64,000 nucleotides of DNA, from assembly GCA_965222075.1 (NCBI GenBank), contig OZ244937.1, forward strand, positions 4,224,001 to 4,288,000, in the 5' to 3' direction. Under the pieces are notes generated by a model that ran no database searches, was not told the origin of the DNA, and was given only the letters and a program-made list of their open reading frames with translations. Positions 1-9,928 of this stretch are shown piece by piece. The stretch's first letter is position 1, and every line of letters begins with the position of its first letter. Made by a program: the position numbers and the translations under genes. Origin of the DNA: Candidatus Latescibacterota bacterium. GTDB taxonomy: Bacteria > Latescibacterota > UBA2968 > GCA-2709665.

Positions 1-73
1 TGGGAGGAGGGTCAGGCATCGCTTTCGATTGTGGCGACGATTGTGCGGGGGGAGGTTGTTTACCGTGGGTGAG

Positions 74-100
74 AAGGGCACGGCATGCCGTGCCCTTACG
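74..100. repeat. REP-like palindrome AAGGGCACGGCATGCCGTGCCCTT(AC)
   Basis: Perfect 24-bp palindrome at 74-97; near-identical copies at 55498 and 57762. Confidence 0.8.
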
Positions 101-113
101 AAGGTTTCGAGCT

Positions 114-2279
114 ATGGAACGCCTTGAGGGGATTGTTGAACGCATCACATTTCAGAGTCCTGAGACTGGCTATACGGTGGCCAAGCTTCAGCCGGAGGGC
201 CGGGCCGGGGAGCCGGTGACGGTGGTGGGGGAGACGCTGTCTCTGAGTCCGGGTGAGAGTGTTGTGCTGGAGGGTGACTGGACGACGCATGCACAGTACG
301 GGCGCCAGTTTAAGATTGCCTCGTATCGGACGGTTGCGCCTTCGACGGTGGAAGGGATGCGTAGATACCTCGGGTCGGGGCTGATCAAGGGGATCGGGCC
401 GGTGACGGCGCGGCGGGTTGTGGACCATTTTGGGGCGGAGACCCTGGATGTGATTGAGAAATCGCCAGAACGGCTGGTGGAGGTGGAGGGGCTGGGGGCC
501 AGGCGGGCGGAGTGGATCCTCCAGGCCTGGCAGGAGCAGCGGGAGATCCACAATGTGATGCTTTTTCTGCAGTCCCACGATGTGGGGACGGGGTATGCGG
601 TCAAGATCTGGAAGGCGTACGGCCAGCAGGCGATTTCGTTGATCCAGGAGAATCCTTACCGGCTTTCTAAGGATATCTGGGGCATCGGGTTTCTTACGGC
701 GGACCAGATTGCGCAGAAGCTGGGCGTTGCGCCTCATTCTGAAAAACGGATCCTGGCCGGCATCCGGCACGTGCTTGATTCTGCAGCGGAGGACAGCGGC
801 CATGTCTACCTCCCGCTGGAGGAACTGGTGGGGGCCTGTGCGGAGGCGCTGGGTGTGTCGGCCGATCTGATCGGGCCCTGCTTAGCGGCCCTGCGTGAGG
901 CGGAGGAGGTGATTGTAAAAGAGGACCGGGTTTATATCCCGCCCCTTTACTATGCCGAGAAGGGAACGGCGACGCGGCTTTACCAGTTGTCGAGCATTCA
1001 GCGGATTGAGACAGGGGATATCCCCCGGGAGATAGAAGCGATCGAGCGCCGCGAGGGGGTGCGCTTTGCCCCGCTTCAGAAGGTTGCTCTTCAAAAGGCG
1101 CTGTCCCACAGTGTGTTGATTCTCACTGGCGGTCCGGGGACGGGGAAGACGACGACGATCAAGGGGCTGATCGCTCTGCTGGAGGCCAGAGAGAAGGTGG
1201 TTGCACTGGCGGCGCCCACCGGGCGGGCGGCCAAGCGGCTGTCGGAGGCGACCGGGCGGGCGGCCAAGACGATCCACCGGCTGCTCAAGTTCAGCCCCCG
1301 GCAGATGGCGTTTGAGAAAAACTTCCAGAATCCGCTGGAGATTGACGCGCTGATTGTGGATGAAGTCTCTATGGTGGATACGGTGTTGATGAACAGCCTG
1401 ATGCGGGCGGTTCCGCTGAGCGCTTCGGTGGTCCTGGTAGGCGATGTGGACCAGCTCCCATCGGTAGGTCCGGGCAATGTTTTGAAGGATGCGATTGCCT
1501 CGGGGGTTGTGGAGACGGTGATGTTAAACGAGATTTTTCGGCAGGCGCAGGCCAGCCGGATTGTGGTGAACGCCCACGCGGTTAACGCGGGTGAGTTCCC
1601 CGATATCCGCCATGCGCGGGATTCCGATTTTTTCTTTATCGAGATAGAGGACCCCGGAGAGGTTGCGGAGACGGTCTGCGGCCTGTGCAAGGCGCGGCTG
1701 CCCCGCACGTATGGGTTCGATCCGATCGACGATATTCAGGTGTTGACCCCGATGTACCGGGGTGAGACGGGCGTGGTGCACCTCAACCGGGTGCTTCAGG
1801 AGACGCTGAATCCGAAGGGACAGGAATTGCAGCGGGGGGGGGTGTGTTTCCGGGTGGGGGATAAGGTGATGCAGGTCCGAAACAATTACGACAAGGATGT
1901 CTTTAACGGGGATATTGGCCGTATTACCGGGATTGATGCAATCGAGCAGGTCGTCGGGGTGGCCTTCCCGGAACGGGCGGTGGGCTACGATTTTGCGGAG
2001 TTAGACGAGGTTGTGCTGGCCTATGCGACCAGTGTGCACAAGAGTCAGGGATCGGAGTATCGGGCGGTGATTCTGCCGCTGACCACCCAGCATTATATGA
2101 TGCTTCAGCGCAATCTTCTCTATACCGGGATTACCCGGGCGCGGGATTTCGTGGTGCTTGTGGGCACGGTGAAGGCGCTGGGCATTGCCGTGCGAAACAA
2201 TCAGGTGGCCGAACGCTACACCTCGCTTGCAGAACGCATTCGGGCCGGTGCGGCAGAACCTCAGGAGCCTTCGGTGTGA
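114..2279 (+). CDS. recD2: ATP-dependent RecD-like DNA helicase (RecD2)
   Basis: N-terminal OB/HhH region (GIGPVTA), Walker A GGPGTGKT, DEVSM, YATSVHKSQGSEY; start set at ATG 114 (MERLEGIVERITF). Confidence 0.93.
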   Translation: MERLEGIVERITFQSPETGYTVAKLQPEGRAGEPVTVVGETLSLSPGESVVLEGDWTTHAQYGRQFKIASYRTVAPSTVEGMRRYLGSGLIKGIGPVTARRVVDHFGAETLDVIEKSPERLVEVEGLGARRAEWILQAWQEQREIHNVMLFLQSHDVGTGYAVKIWKAYGQQAISLIQENPYRLSKDIWGIGFLTADQIAQKLGVAPHSEKRILAGIRHVLDSAAEDSGHVYLPLEELVGACAEALGVSADLIGPCLAALREAEEVIVKEDRVYIPPLYYAEKGTATRLYQLSSIQRIETGDIPREIEAIERREGVRFAPLQKVALQKALSHSVLILTGGPGTGKTTTIKGLIALLEAREKVVALAAPTGRAAKRLSEATGRAAKTIHRLLKFSPRQMAFEKNFQNPLEIDALIVDEVSMVDTVLMNSLMRAVPLSASVVLVGDVDQLPSVGPGNVLKDAIASGVVETVMLNEIFRQAQASRIVVNAHAVNAGEFPDIRHARDSDFFFIEIEDPGEVAETVCGLCKARLPRTYGFDPIDDIQVLTPMYRGETGVVHLNRVLQETLNPKGQELQRGGVCFRVGDKVMQVRNNYDKDVFNGDIGRITGIDAIEQVVGVAFPERAVGYDFAELDEVVLAYATSVHKSQGSEYRAVILPLTTQHYMMLQRNLLYTGITRARDFVVLVGTVKALGIAVRNNQVAERYTSLAERIRAGAAEPQEPSV

Positions 2280-2322
2280 GAAGCTGTCTTTGTTCCGGGG
2301 GGGGAGACGGTCTGGAGACAGT

Positions 2323-2352
2323 GCCTGCCTGTGCGTCTGCACGCAGACAGGC
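2323..2352. repeat. CTGYCTG...CAGRCAG hairpin (MITE-like) flanked by GC
   Basis: GC-CTGCCTGTGCGTCTGCACGCAGACAG-GC between convergent recD2 and tsaC; similar termini to the insertion at 57230-57287. Confidence 0.65.
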
Positions 2353-2353
2353 G

Positions 2354-3025
2354 TTAGCCAATCGTCCGGGGTGGGTATTGTTCCGCGGTTCTTCCAAGCA
2401 CCCGGTAGACCGCTTCCGACGCGATTTGGCCCTCGCGGAGGATTTTTATTTTTTCCACCGAGACGTCGACGAGCGTTGACGGGCGGGCATCCGCCGCCGG
2501 TCCGCCGTCTAAGATCAGGTCGACACGGTCGCCAAGCGCTGAGGCCGCTTCTGATGCCGAACGGGCCGGCGGGTCTCCCGACCGGTTTGCGCTTGTGCTG
2601 GTGATGGGGCCGCCGGTGCGGTCCAAAAGGGTCTGGACCGCCGGGGCATCCGATACCCTCAGAGCGATGGTAGACCGTGCGCCCATGAGCCGTTCGGGCA
2701 GACCGGGACGCGCCTGGAAGACGAGGGTCAACGGTCCGGGCCAGAAGGCGTCCATGAGGTCCTGTGCAGTCTGCGGAACTTCCGCTGTCAGGGCATTCAG
2801 GTTTTCAGGGCCGCGGATGAGGAGGATGAGGGCCTTGTTCGCTTCCCGTTCCTTGACCGCAAAAATCCGATTCAGGCCCTCGGTGCTGAAGGGATCGGCG
2901 CCCAGGCCGTAGACGGTTTCGGTGGGATAGACGACGAGGCCGCCTGCGCGAATCTGTTCGGCGGCCACCGCGATGCCGGATGTATCCGTCGGCAGGATGG
3001 GGGTGATTGGTTTACCCGAAGGCAT
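2354..3025 (-). CDS. tsaC: L-threonylcarbamoyladenylate synthase (Sua5/YrdC)
   Basis: YPTETVYGLG, FWPGPLT, TSTSANRSG, PSTLVD motifs; start overlaps the upstream stop and is uncertain. Confidence 0.92.
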   Translation of the reverse strand: MPSGKPITPILPTDTSGIAVAAEQIRAGGLVVYPTETVYGLGADPFSTEGLNRIFAVKEREANKALILLIRGPENLNALTAEVPQTAQDLMDAFWPGPLTLVFQARPGLPERLMGARSTIALRVSDAPAVQTLLDRTGGPITSTSANRSGDPPARSASEAASALGDRVDLILDGGPAADARPSTLVDVSVEKIKILREGQIASEAVYRVLGRTAEQYPPRTIG

Positions 3026-6000
3026 TGGCAAAGAGGACGAAGTCGGCGAATCCCACCCGACCGTCGCTGTCTAAGTCGAACTGGGGATCGGTCGATCCGA
3101 AGGCATTGGCGAAGAGGACGAAGTCGGCGAAGTTGACTTTGCCGTCGCTGTTAAAGTCGGCAGATTTCTCTTCTCCGTTGCCCGACGGCTCGGACCGGGG
3201 AAAAACGACCGTGAGTTCCCGGATGCGGTTGTTGCGGGTATCGGCGATGTAGACAGCGCCGTTGGGACCTATAGACAGGCCGGAAGGCTCGTTCAGGCTG
3301 ATCTGAAGGGCCGGTCCTTCTTCCTGATCGAAGCCCGCAAAGCCAATGCCGGCAACGGTCTGGATCAGGCCGGTGTTGAGGTCGAGCATCCGGATGCGGT
3401 TGTTGCGCGTATCGGCAATGAAGAGGTGCCCTTCGCGGTCGACGGCTACATCCCCCGGGGCATTGAGCTGGGCCAGCACGCCGGGGCCCCCATCGCCCGA
3501 GAACCCTCTCATCCCTGTGCCTGCGACGGTGGTGATGATCCCCTTCCTGTCTACCATCCGCACCCGATGGTTGCTCGTGTCGGCGATAAAGAGGCGCCCC
3601 AGGCTGTCCACGGCCACACCCAGGGGACGGTTCAGCCGGGCCCTTCCGGCGGGGCCGCCATCGCCCGTATCGCCCGCCTGGAAGCTGCCTGCGGCAGTGG
3701 TGACGATTCCCTTCCTGTCTACCATCCGCACCCGATGGTTGAACTGGTCTGCGATCCAGACGTTTCCCCGACCATCCGCGGCGATGCCTGCCGGCAGGTA
3801 CAGGTTGGCCCGGTCGCCCGGTCGCCCGTCGCCTCCAAAGCCGGGCACGCCCCGGCCGACAAAGGCGGCCATCGTGTCGGTGCGCACGATGAGCCGCCGG
3901 ATGACGTGGCCGTTCTGTTCACTGATGAGGAGGTCTCCATTGGGCAGGAGGGCCAACCCCCGGGGTTTGGCCACCCGAGCTTCGGATGCGGGACCGTCAT
4001 TTCCGGTTGAGGCGGTTACGCCGTCGCCGATGAGGGTCTGAATGGCGCCTGTTGCCGCATCGACTCGCCGGATGCGCTGGTTTGCGGAGTCGGCAATATA
4101 GATGTTTCCCGCTGAATCGACGGCGACGGCCTCGGGATGGTCGAGGAGGGCATCGGTTGCGGGGCCCCCGTCTCCTTCAAAGCCTTGATCGGTCCCTGCG
4201 ACGGTTCGAAGGGTGGCCTGTTCCGAGCCGAGGGGCGCCAGGAGGTCCAGGACGATCTGCCCGGTGACTCTCTCTGCCCGGGCCGAGATGACGGCAGAGC
4301 CCGGTGTGCGTCCCACCCGGAACCGGATCTTCGCGCGGCCGTCCTGTACTTCAACGGTATCGCTGCCTACAAAGGCGCCGTCTCCAAGGATGATGCGGAA
4401 GATGATGGCAACATTGTTGACCAGTACGACCTCGTTTTGGACGTTGACCACGCTGGCTTGAATCTCAGTTTGCGCCTGTCCGTTGGCAACAATAGAGGGG
4501 GTGCTCACTTCCAGCAGGATCCGGTTGGGGGGAAGGGGCGGGGTTTCGGTGATGCTCAGGATGCTGTTTGTCGGCACATTCAGGAGCCGCTGTACAATCC
4601 CCCGGGGCCAGCGGACGGTCAGGACATCCACCTGCTCTGCGTCGCCCACACCGAAGGCGGCTGTGAGGGCGTCCTGCGAGAGGTAGGATGTCCCGCCGGT
4701 TATCTCCCGAACCGCGCGCTGGCCATTGTTGTAGAGGATTTCGAAGCGGGTGCAGATGGCGTCCCGGCTGCTCTGGGTGGCTCTTGGGCGTACGATCAGC
4801 CAGTTCCCGTTGGCTTCCTGGTTGCGGTAGAGGCGGTCGGCGCCCTCCTGGATTGCGACGTAGAGGTCGATGCCGCCGTCGCTGTCGAAGTCGGCTAAGG
4901 CGACGCCCCGGCTGTCTGCTTCAACGTTTACTCCCAGATCACCTGCGACCTCCGTAAATTGGGCGCCATCGTTTCGGAAGAGGAGGTTGGGCTGTCCGCT
5001 GTTGGTGGCGTAGAGGTCGAGGTCGCCGTCGTTGTCGATGTCTCCCCAAACCGCCCCCCGGCTGCGCCCGTCCGCAGGTCCGGTAACGTCGAGTTGTCGC
5101 GCTGCGTCCCGGAAGCGCCCTTCCTCATTCAGGTAGAGTCGGTTGCCCTCTCCGAAATAGGCGATGTAGAGGTCGAGGTCGCCGTCGTTGTCGACGTCTC
5201 CCCAGGCCGCTCCAGAGCTGGGGCCGTCTTCGGCAAGGCCGACCTGGTCTGTGGCATCGGTGAAGCGGCCCTCCTCGTTTTGGAAAAACCGGTTGGGGCC
5301 CCTGTTGGCCAGGAAGAGGTCGGGGTCGCCGTCGTTGTCAAAGTCGTTCCAGACAGCCTGTATGCTGCTGCTGGAATCGGCCAGCCCGAGGTCGTCGGCG
5401 GTTTCCACAAACCGGCCCCCCTCGTTTTGGAAAAACCGGTTGGGGCCAAAGTTGGCCACATACAGATCCGGGTCTCCGTCCCGGTCATAGTCTGCCCAGG
5501 AGGCGCCGTAGCCGTCTCCGGGGTCGGCTGTTTCACCTTCCACGGCGGTGAAGACCGAGCCATTGTTCTGGTAGAGCCGGTTGGGCTGTGCAAAGTTGGT
5601 GACATAGAGGTCGAGGTCGCCGTCGCCGTCGTAATCCGCCCAGGCCGCTCCGTTGCCGTCGCCGTCATCGTCCACCCCCACGGCCGCGCCGACTTCGGTG
5701 AAGCGGGTGCCGTCGTTCCGGTAGAGGAGGTTGGGCTGCAGGCTGCGGACCACATAGAGGTCGGGGTCGTCGTCGCCGTCGTAGTCTGCCCAGGCCACGC
5801 CGAAGCCGTCGCCCGGATCGCCCATCCCCAGGCTGTCTCCCACCTCTGCGAAGCCGCCCGGCTTGGGAATCCTGGCAAAGCCCTGCAGGGGGATGGGGAA
5901 AGCGGGTTCAACCGGATCGTTGCTGAGAAGGGTAAGGACAGCCCGCTGGGTGTCTGCCCGTGTGGGCCGGAAGGTGACGGAGAGAGGTGTGGTCTCGCCC

Positions 6001-7658
6001 GAGCCGATCCTGAGGGTATCGGTCAGGCCGACCAGAAACTGGGCGGTGTCGGTGAGGGCCACACGGGCGATGCTGAGGACGCCCGCCCCGAGGTTGGAGA
6101 TCCGGAGGTCCTGGGCCTGTGTCTGTCCGATGAAGGTGCGGCTGAAGACAATCTCCTCTGGGATGACGCCAATTACGGGTACGGCTCCGATGCCTCTGAG
6201 GGAGATGGTCAAGATGGGGCGTATGGGATCGTCTGTGGTCAGGGTGAGCCGCCCGTCGGTAAGGCCTTCACCAATCGGGCTAAACGTTACGAGGATCTCT
6301 TCGGTCTGTACCGGTCCGACCTGGATCGGGAAGGTGGTTTCTACGGTAAATTCAGGGTTGTCCGAGACGGCGCTGAGAATAGAGAAGGGAGCATTCCCCC
6401 TGTTTTCCACCCGCAAGGGGAAGGTCAGCAGATCGCCCAGGTTGACCCGCTGAAAATCGAGCTGGGAGGCGCGTAGCCTCAGGATGGGCGTTCTAAAGAA
6501 AGGGTCAATCAGGAGGCGGATGCGGTCGTTGCCGACGTCTATGATGAGCAGGTTGCCGTCCGGGTCTAAGGCCAGGCGGATGGGCTGGTTGAAGACCGCT
6601 TCCAGGGCCAGACCGCCGTCGCCTCCAGGGCCCACCCCGCCGGTGCCTGCCAGGGTAAGGATCTCTCCTGTGGCGGCATCCACAAACCGGATGCGATGGT
6701 TAGACGCATCGGCGATGTAGAGGTTGCCATCGGCGTCTACGGTTACACCTGTGGGGGTATTAAGCTGTGCGTCCGTGGCCGGGCCCGCATCGCCACCATA
6801 GCCTCCATCGCCGAAGATGTTGGCAGGCCCCCGACCGGCGACGGTGGTGATGATGCCGGTTTGGGCATCCACTTTCCGGATGCGGTGGCTGTTAAAATCG
6901 GCGATGTAGAGGTTTCCGGATGCGTCTAAGGCGATGCCTTCGGTGGTCAGTCCGGCGTCTGTGGCCGGTCCCCCGTCTCCCGAAAAGCCGGGGCTCCCGT
7001 TTCCGGCCACGGTTTCGATGGTCCCCGAGGCCAGGTTGATCCGCCGCACCCGATGGTTGCCCCTTGTTGCGCCCGACAGGATGCCGTCGGAGATGTAGAG
7101 GGCAGCATCACCATCGGCCAGGATGTCTACGATTTCGTTGAAGGTGGCCGCTGTGGCCGGTCCCCCGTCCCCTCCAAAGTCGCGGTCGCCCGTGCCGGCG
7201 ATGGTTGTGATGGCGCCTGTGCCGGCGTCTACACGCCGGATGCGACCGTTGCCCGAATCGGCGATGTAGAGGTTTCCGGATGCGTCTAAGGCAACCCCCT
7301 GCGGCCTGTTGAGCTGTGCGTCTGTGGCCGGGCCGCCATCTCCAGAGAACCCGGATGTGCCGGTTCCTGCAACTGTGGTTGCCGTGTCTGTAACGGCATC
7401 TATTCGCAGGATGCGACCGTTGCCCGAATCGGCAATGTAGAGGTTGCCCCGGGCGTCTGTGGCCACGGATAGTGGAATGTTCATTTTCAACTCGACGGCA
7501 GGGATTCCCGCCTCTGTCTGCTGGCCTCCTCCTGCAATTGTTACCAGGGTGCCCGGCTCTTGTGCCAGCGCAGTCCCAGGCCAGAATCCCAGGGCGAGCA
7601 CCGCGTATCCGAGCCACCGTAACGGCAAACGGCAAACGCTCCCCCCCCGAAACGTCAC
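3012..7658 (-). CDS. Large secreted protein: NHL beta-propeller, two Ig-like (ASH-type) domains, FG-GAP/CRTAC1 + ASPIC/UnbV, Ig-like, second NHL propeller, C-terminal dockerin-like repeat
   Basis: Signal peptide ending ALA-Q; repeats of GDGGPATDAQLNxPxGVAxDxxGNLYIAD; repeats of WADYDGDGDLDLYV; GGTSYLSQ; duplicated DF/LxSDGxVxFADFVLFANAFG; GGAGGT RBS before GTG. Confidence 0.85.
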   Translation of the reverse strand: MTFRGGSVCRLPLRWLGYAVLALGFWPGTALAQEPGTLVTIAGGGQQTEAGIPAVELKMNIPLSVATDARGNLYIADSGNGRILRIDAVTDTATTVAGTGTSGFSGDGGPATDAQLNRPQGVALDASGNLYIADSGNGRIRRVDAGTGAITTIAGTGDRDFGGDGGPATAATFNEIVDILADGDAALYISDGILSGATRGNHRVRRINLASGTIETVAGNGSPGFSGDGGPATDAGLTTEGIALDASGNLYIADFNSHRIRKVDAQTGIITTVAGRGPANIFGDGGYGGDAGPATDAQLNTPTGVTVDADGNLYIADASNHRIRFVDAATGEILTLAGTGGVGPGGDGGLALEAVFNQPIRLALDPDGNLLIIDVGNDRIRLLIDPFFRTPILRLRASQLDFQRVNLGDLLTFPLRVENRGNAPFSILSAVSDNPEFTVETTFPIQVGPVQTEEILVTFSPIGEGLTDGRLTLTTDDPIRPILTISLRGIGAVPVIGVIPEEIVFSRTFIGQTQAQDLRISNLGAGVLSIARVALTDTAQFLVGLTDTLRIGSGETTPLSVTFRPTRADTQRAVLTLLSNDPVEPAFPIPLQGFARIPKPGGFAEVGDSLGMGDPGDGFGVAWADYDGDDDPDLYVVRSLQPNLLYRNDGTRFTEVGAAVGVDDDGDGNGAAWADYDGDGDLDLYVTNFAQPNRLYQNNGSVFTAVEGETADPGDGYGASWADYDRDGDPDLYVANFGPNRFFQNEGGRFVETADDLGLADSSSSIQAVWNDFDNDGDPDLFLANRGPNRFFQNEEGRFTDATDQVGLAEDGPSSGAAWGDVDNDGDLDLYIAYFGEGNRLYLNEEGRFRDAARQLDVTGPADGRSRGAVWGDIDNDGDLDLYATNSGQPNLLFRNDGAQFTEVAGDLGVNVEADSRGVALADFDSDGGIDLYVAIQEGADRLYRNQEANGNWLIVRPRATQSSRDAICTRFEILYNNGQRAVREITGGTSYLSQDALTAAFGVGDAEQVDVLTVRWPRGIVQRLLNVPTNSILSITETPPLPPNRILLEVSTPSIVANGQAQTEIQASVVNVQNEVVLVNNVAIIFRIILGDGAFVGSDTVEVQDGRAKIRFRVGRTPGSAVISARAERVTGQIVLDLLAPLGSEQATLRTVAGTDQGFEGDGGPATDALLDHPEAVAVDSAGNIYIADSANQRIRRVDAATGAIQTLIGDGVTASTGNDGPASEARVAKPRGLALLPNGDLLISEQNGHVIRRLIVRTDTMAAFVGRGVPGFGGDGRPGDRANLYLPAGIAADGRGNVWIADQFNHRVRMVDRKGIVTTAAGSFQAGDTGDGGPAGRARLNRPLGVAVDSLGRLFIADTSNHRVRMVDRKGIITTVAGTGMRGFSGDGGPGVLAQLNAPGDVAVDREGHLFIADTRNNRIRMLDLNTGLIQTVAGIGFAGFDQEEGPALQISLNEPSGLSIGPNGAVYIADTRNNRIRELTVVFPRSEPSGNGEEKSADFNSDGKVNFADFVLFANAFGSTDPQFDLDSDGRVGFADFVLFANAFG

Positions 7659-7661
7659 GTT

Positions 7662-8672
7662 TCACCTCCCTTCAAACAGGTCCCGGCCCTTTACCAGCGC
7701 CTCTATTTTGCGGTCTGCCACGCTGCGCTGGAGCATCCAGAATCCGCAGTCGGGGTGGATGTAGGCGAGACGGTCCGGGCCGAGGTGCGCTGCGGCCGTT
7801 TCGATGTCTCTGGCGATCTCGTCGGGGGTCTCAACCCCGTTGTTTTTGATGTCGATGACGCCCACGCCGATTCTGACCGTTTCGGGCAGGTCTTTCAAGC
7901 AGGCGACCTGTTCGATGCCCCGCCGTTTGAATTCGAGCACCAGATGGTCTGCGCGCAGGGCAAAGAGGAAGGGGACCAGGGCATCCCAGGTGCCCTGCTG
8001 TACGGTCTGGCCGCCGTAGTTGCCAAAGCAGACGTGGACGGCCTTTTCGCCCTGTACGGCGGAAAGCACCCTGTTGATGGCGGCCGCAGCCCATTCGCCT
8101 TCTTCGGGATGGCCCGGGATGTTCGCTTCGTCTACCTGGACCACATCGGCGTCGATATGGGCAACCTGTGTTGCGAGGATCTCGGCGATGGCAGCCGCCA
8201 GGGCGGCCCGGTCTTTGTAGTGCCGGTCCAGTAAGACCTTGCTGAGCATATGGGGACCGGTGAGGGTAAATTTGAGCTTTGACCGGGTGAGGGCACGGGC
8301 CATCCGATAGTCTGTTGGAAGGTTGAGGGTGCCCTCGCCGATGGGCCCTTCGACGACTCCGGCAGGCGCTGCCCGGTAAGACAGACCCGTTTCTTTGTGG
8401 AACGCCGCCAGGGCTTTCCGTCCGAACGTTGTTGTAATGCCTTCCATTTTGCCGACGAAGTAGTCGATCATTCCGTTGGTTTCGGGGTGGTTCACGTCGA
8501 ACCGGTAGAGTTCGCCGTCTGCGGCGACATCGATGCCGGCCTCTTCCTGGATTTTGAGGACGACACGGATCGCATCGACCAGGGCTTGCCGGGTGGGGTA
8601 GACCCTGAGCCAGTCCGGCAGGGGATAGCTGCCTACCACGGTTGTGAGGATGGCGTGTTCTTTTCCTGCCAT
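7662..8672 (-). CDS. Cobalamin-independent methionine synthase II family protein (catalytic domain only)
   Basis: TTVVGSYP, DGE, HVCFGN, LEF and PDCG Zn-ligand motifs. Confidence 0.85.
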   Translation of the reverse strand: MAGKEHAILTTVVGSYPLPDWLRVYPTRQALVDAIRVVLKIQEEAGIDVAADGELYRFDVNHPETNGMIDYFVGKMEGITTTFGRKALAAFHKETGLSYRAAPAGVVEGPIGEGTLNLPTDYRMARALTRSKLKFTLTGPHMLSKVLLDRHYKDRAALAAAIAEILATQVAHIDADVVQVDEANIPGHPEEGEWAAAAINRVLSAVQGEKAVHVCFGNYGGQTVQQGTWDALVPFLFALRADHLVLEFKRRGIEQVACLKDLPETVRIGVGVIDIKNNGVETPDEIARDIETAAAHLGPDRLAYIHPDCGFWMLQRSVADRKIEALVKGRDLFEGR

Positions 8673-8737
8673 TGTCGGCCTTGCTGAAGGGTGTGGGGTA
8701 GGCCTAAAAGGTAAAAGGGCGGACACAAGGTTCGTCT

Positions 8738-9928
8738 CTACCGTTTCAACCTCAGGTCGCGCAGGATGGCGTCCAGTTTGTCCCGATTCTCTCCTTCAAG
8801 CCCCCCCAGGGCTTCGAAGAGAAAGGCCAGCAGGACGCTGATTGCCAGGCTGAGGCCGCCGGCGATGGCGACCATCACCGTTCTGCGCGGGCGGCTGCGG
8901 GTATCGGGGGGCACGGCTTTGTCAAGAACAGTGACGAGGGGCGTCCTTTTTCCTTCTTCGAACCTGGCCTGCTCGTATTCCTGGAAGACAAACTTGTAGA
9001 TCGCATTCTGGATCTCCACATCCCGCAACAGCGAGAGGGCCTCCAGGCCCAGTTTCGGAACCTTCCGGAAGGGGATGAAGACCTCGGGGAACTCGCCATC
9101 GAGCACCAGGTCGCCTCCTCCGGGCTGGGGCTGGCCCATCAGGATACGGTCTAAGGCCTCCCGGGCGCCTTCGATTTTAAGGTCGAGCTGTTTTAACTTG
9201 GTGTGACCCGGCACCATCAGTTTTGCGGCGATGTCCCGTTCGATGACCATCTCTCCAAAGATGGTGAACAGCTTGGAGGCGCTTTCGATCTGGGCCTTGG
9301 CCTGGGTCTCCAGGTCGATGGCCATGTGCTCCTGCTGGAATCGGTTGTAGGCCTGTTCGGCTTCGAGCATGTCCTGTTCCGCCATTGCAAGACGTTTTTC
9401 CAGGTAGACCCGAAGGCTTTCCGACTGTTCCTTTCTCCGTTCCTGAAGCGCACGGTCGAGTTCCTCTACAAAGGCGTTTGTGATTTCGGCCGCGAGTTCG
9501 GGGGTTTCGGCTTCGTAGGATACCCTGAGGAACTGTTCGCGGGTGAGTTCCACCCCCCGTCTTTTGGCCACCATGTCGTAGAGCTCTTCCCGGGTTTCGG
9601 GTTCGTAGCGTTCCTTCAGATTGAACCGCCAAATGATGGCCCCGGCCACCCGTTCGCTCTTGAGGATCGGCACGAAATCGGTGGCCGAAACCGTCCCCTC
9701 GCCCATCCCCAGCAGCCCCATCGGAAGGTTGCCCAGGAGGGCGGAAAGGCCGAACATCTCCTGGCTCTCCTTGGGGGGGTAGACCACGGCCTGCGCCCGA
9801 TAGGCTTTGGGCAGGATCAGGCTGATGCCAGCGGTGATCAGGCATACGGTGAATACGGAGGTGAAGACCATTCGGCGCCAGCGCACGATCACAGCGAGAT
9901 GATCCAAGATGTTTTTCTCGCGTTCCAT
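8738..9928 (-). CDS. Wzz/GumC-type polysaccharide chain-length/co-polymerase protein
   Basis: Two TM segments flanking a coiled coil; VLDKAVPPDTRSRPRR motif; TGATG coupling with the upstream gene. Confidence 0.85.
   Translation of the reverse strand: MEREKNILDHLAVIVRWRRMVFTSVFTVCLITAGISLILPKAYRAQAVVYPPKESQEMFGLSALLGNLPMGLLGMGEGTVSATDFVPILKSERVAGAIIWRFNLKERYEPETREELYDMVAKRRGVELTREQFLRVSYEAETPELAAEITNAFVEELDRALQERRKEQSESLRVYLEKRLAMAEQDMLEAEQAYNRFQQEHMAIDLETQAKAQIESASKLFTIFGEMVIERDIAAKLMVPGHTKLKQLDLKIEGAREALDRILMGQPQPGGGDLVLDGEFPEVFIPFRKVPKLGLEALSLLRDVEIQNAIYKFVFQEYEQARFEEGKRTPLVTVLDKAVPPDTRSRPRRTVMVAIAGGLSLAISVLLAFLFEALGGLEGENRDKLDAILRDLRLKR

Noticed and set aside
1-19. Start of a minus-strand gene (MPDPPP)
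   Set aside because: Too little sequence in the window to support a call
4959-6476. Long antisense ORFs (also 42132-43529, 45946-47601, 39610-40683)
   Set aside because: Shadow ORFs of GC-rich genes with no recognisable motifs
3012-7450. CRISPR-like or DNA tandem repeats in the giant ORF
   Set aside because: The repeats are degenerate, in frame and encode NHL/FG-GAP units; there is no constant repeat-spacer structure and no cas genes
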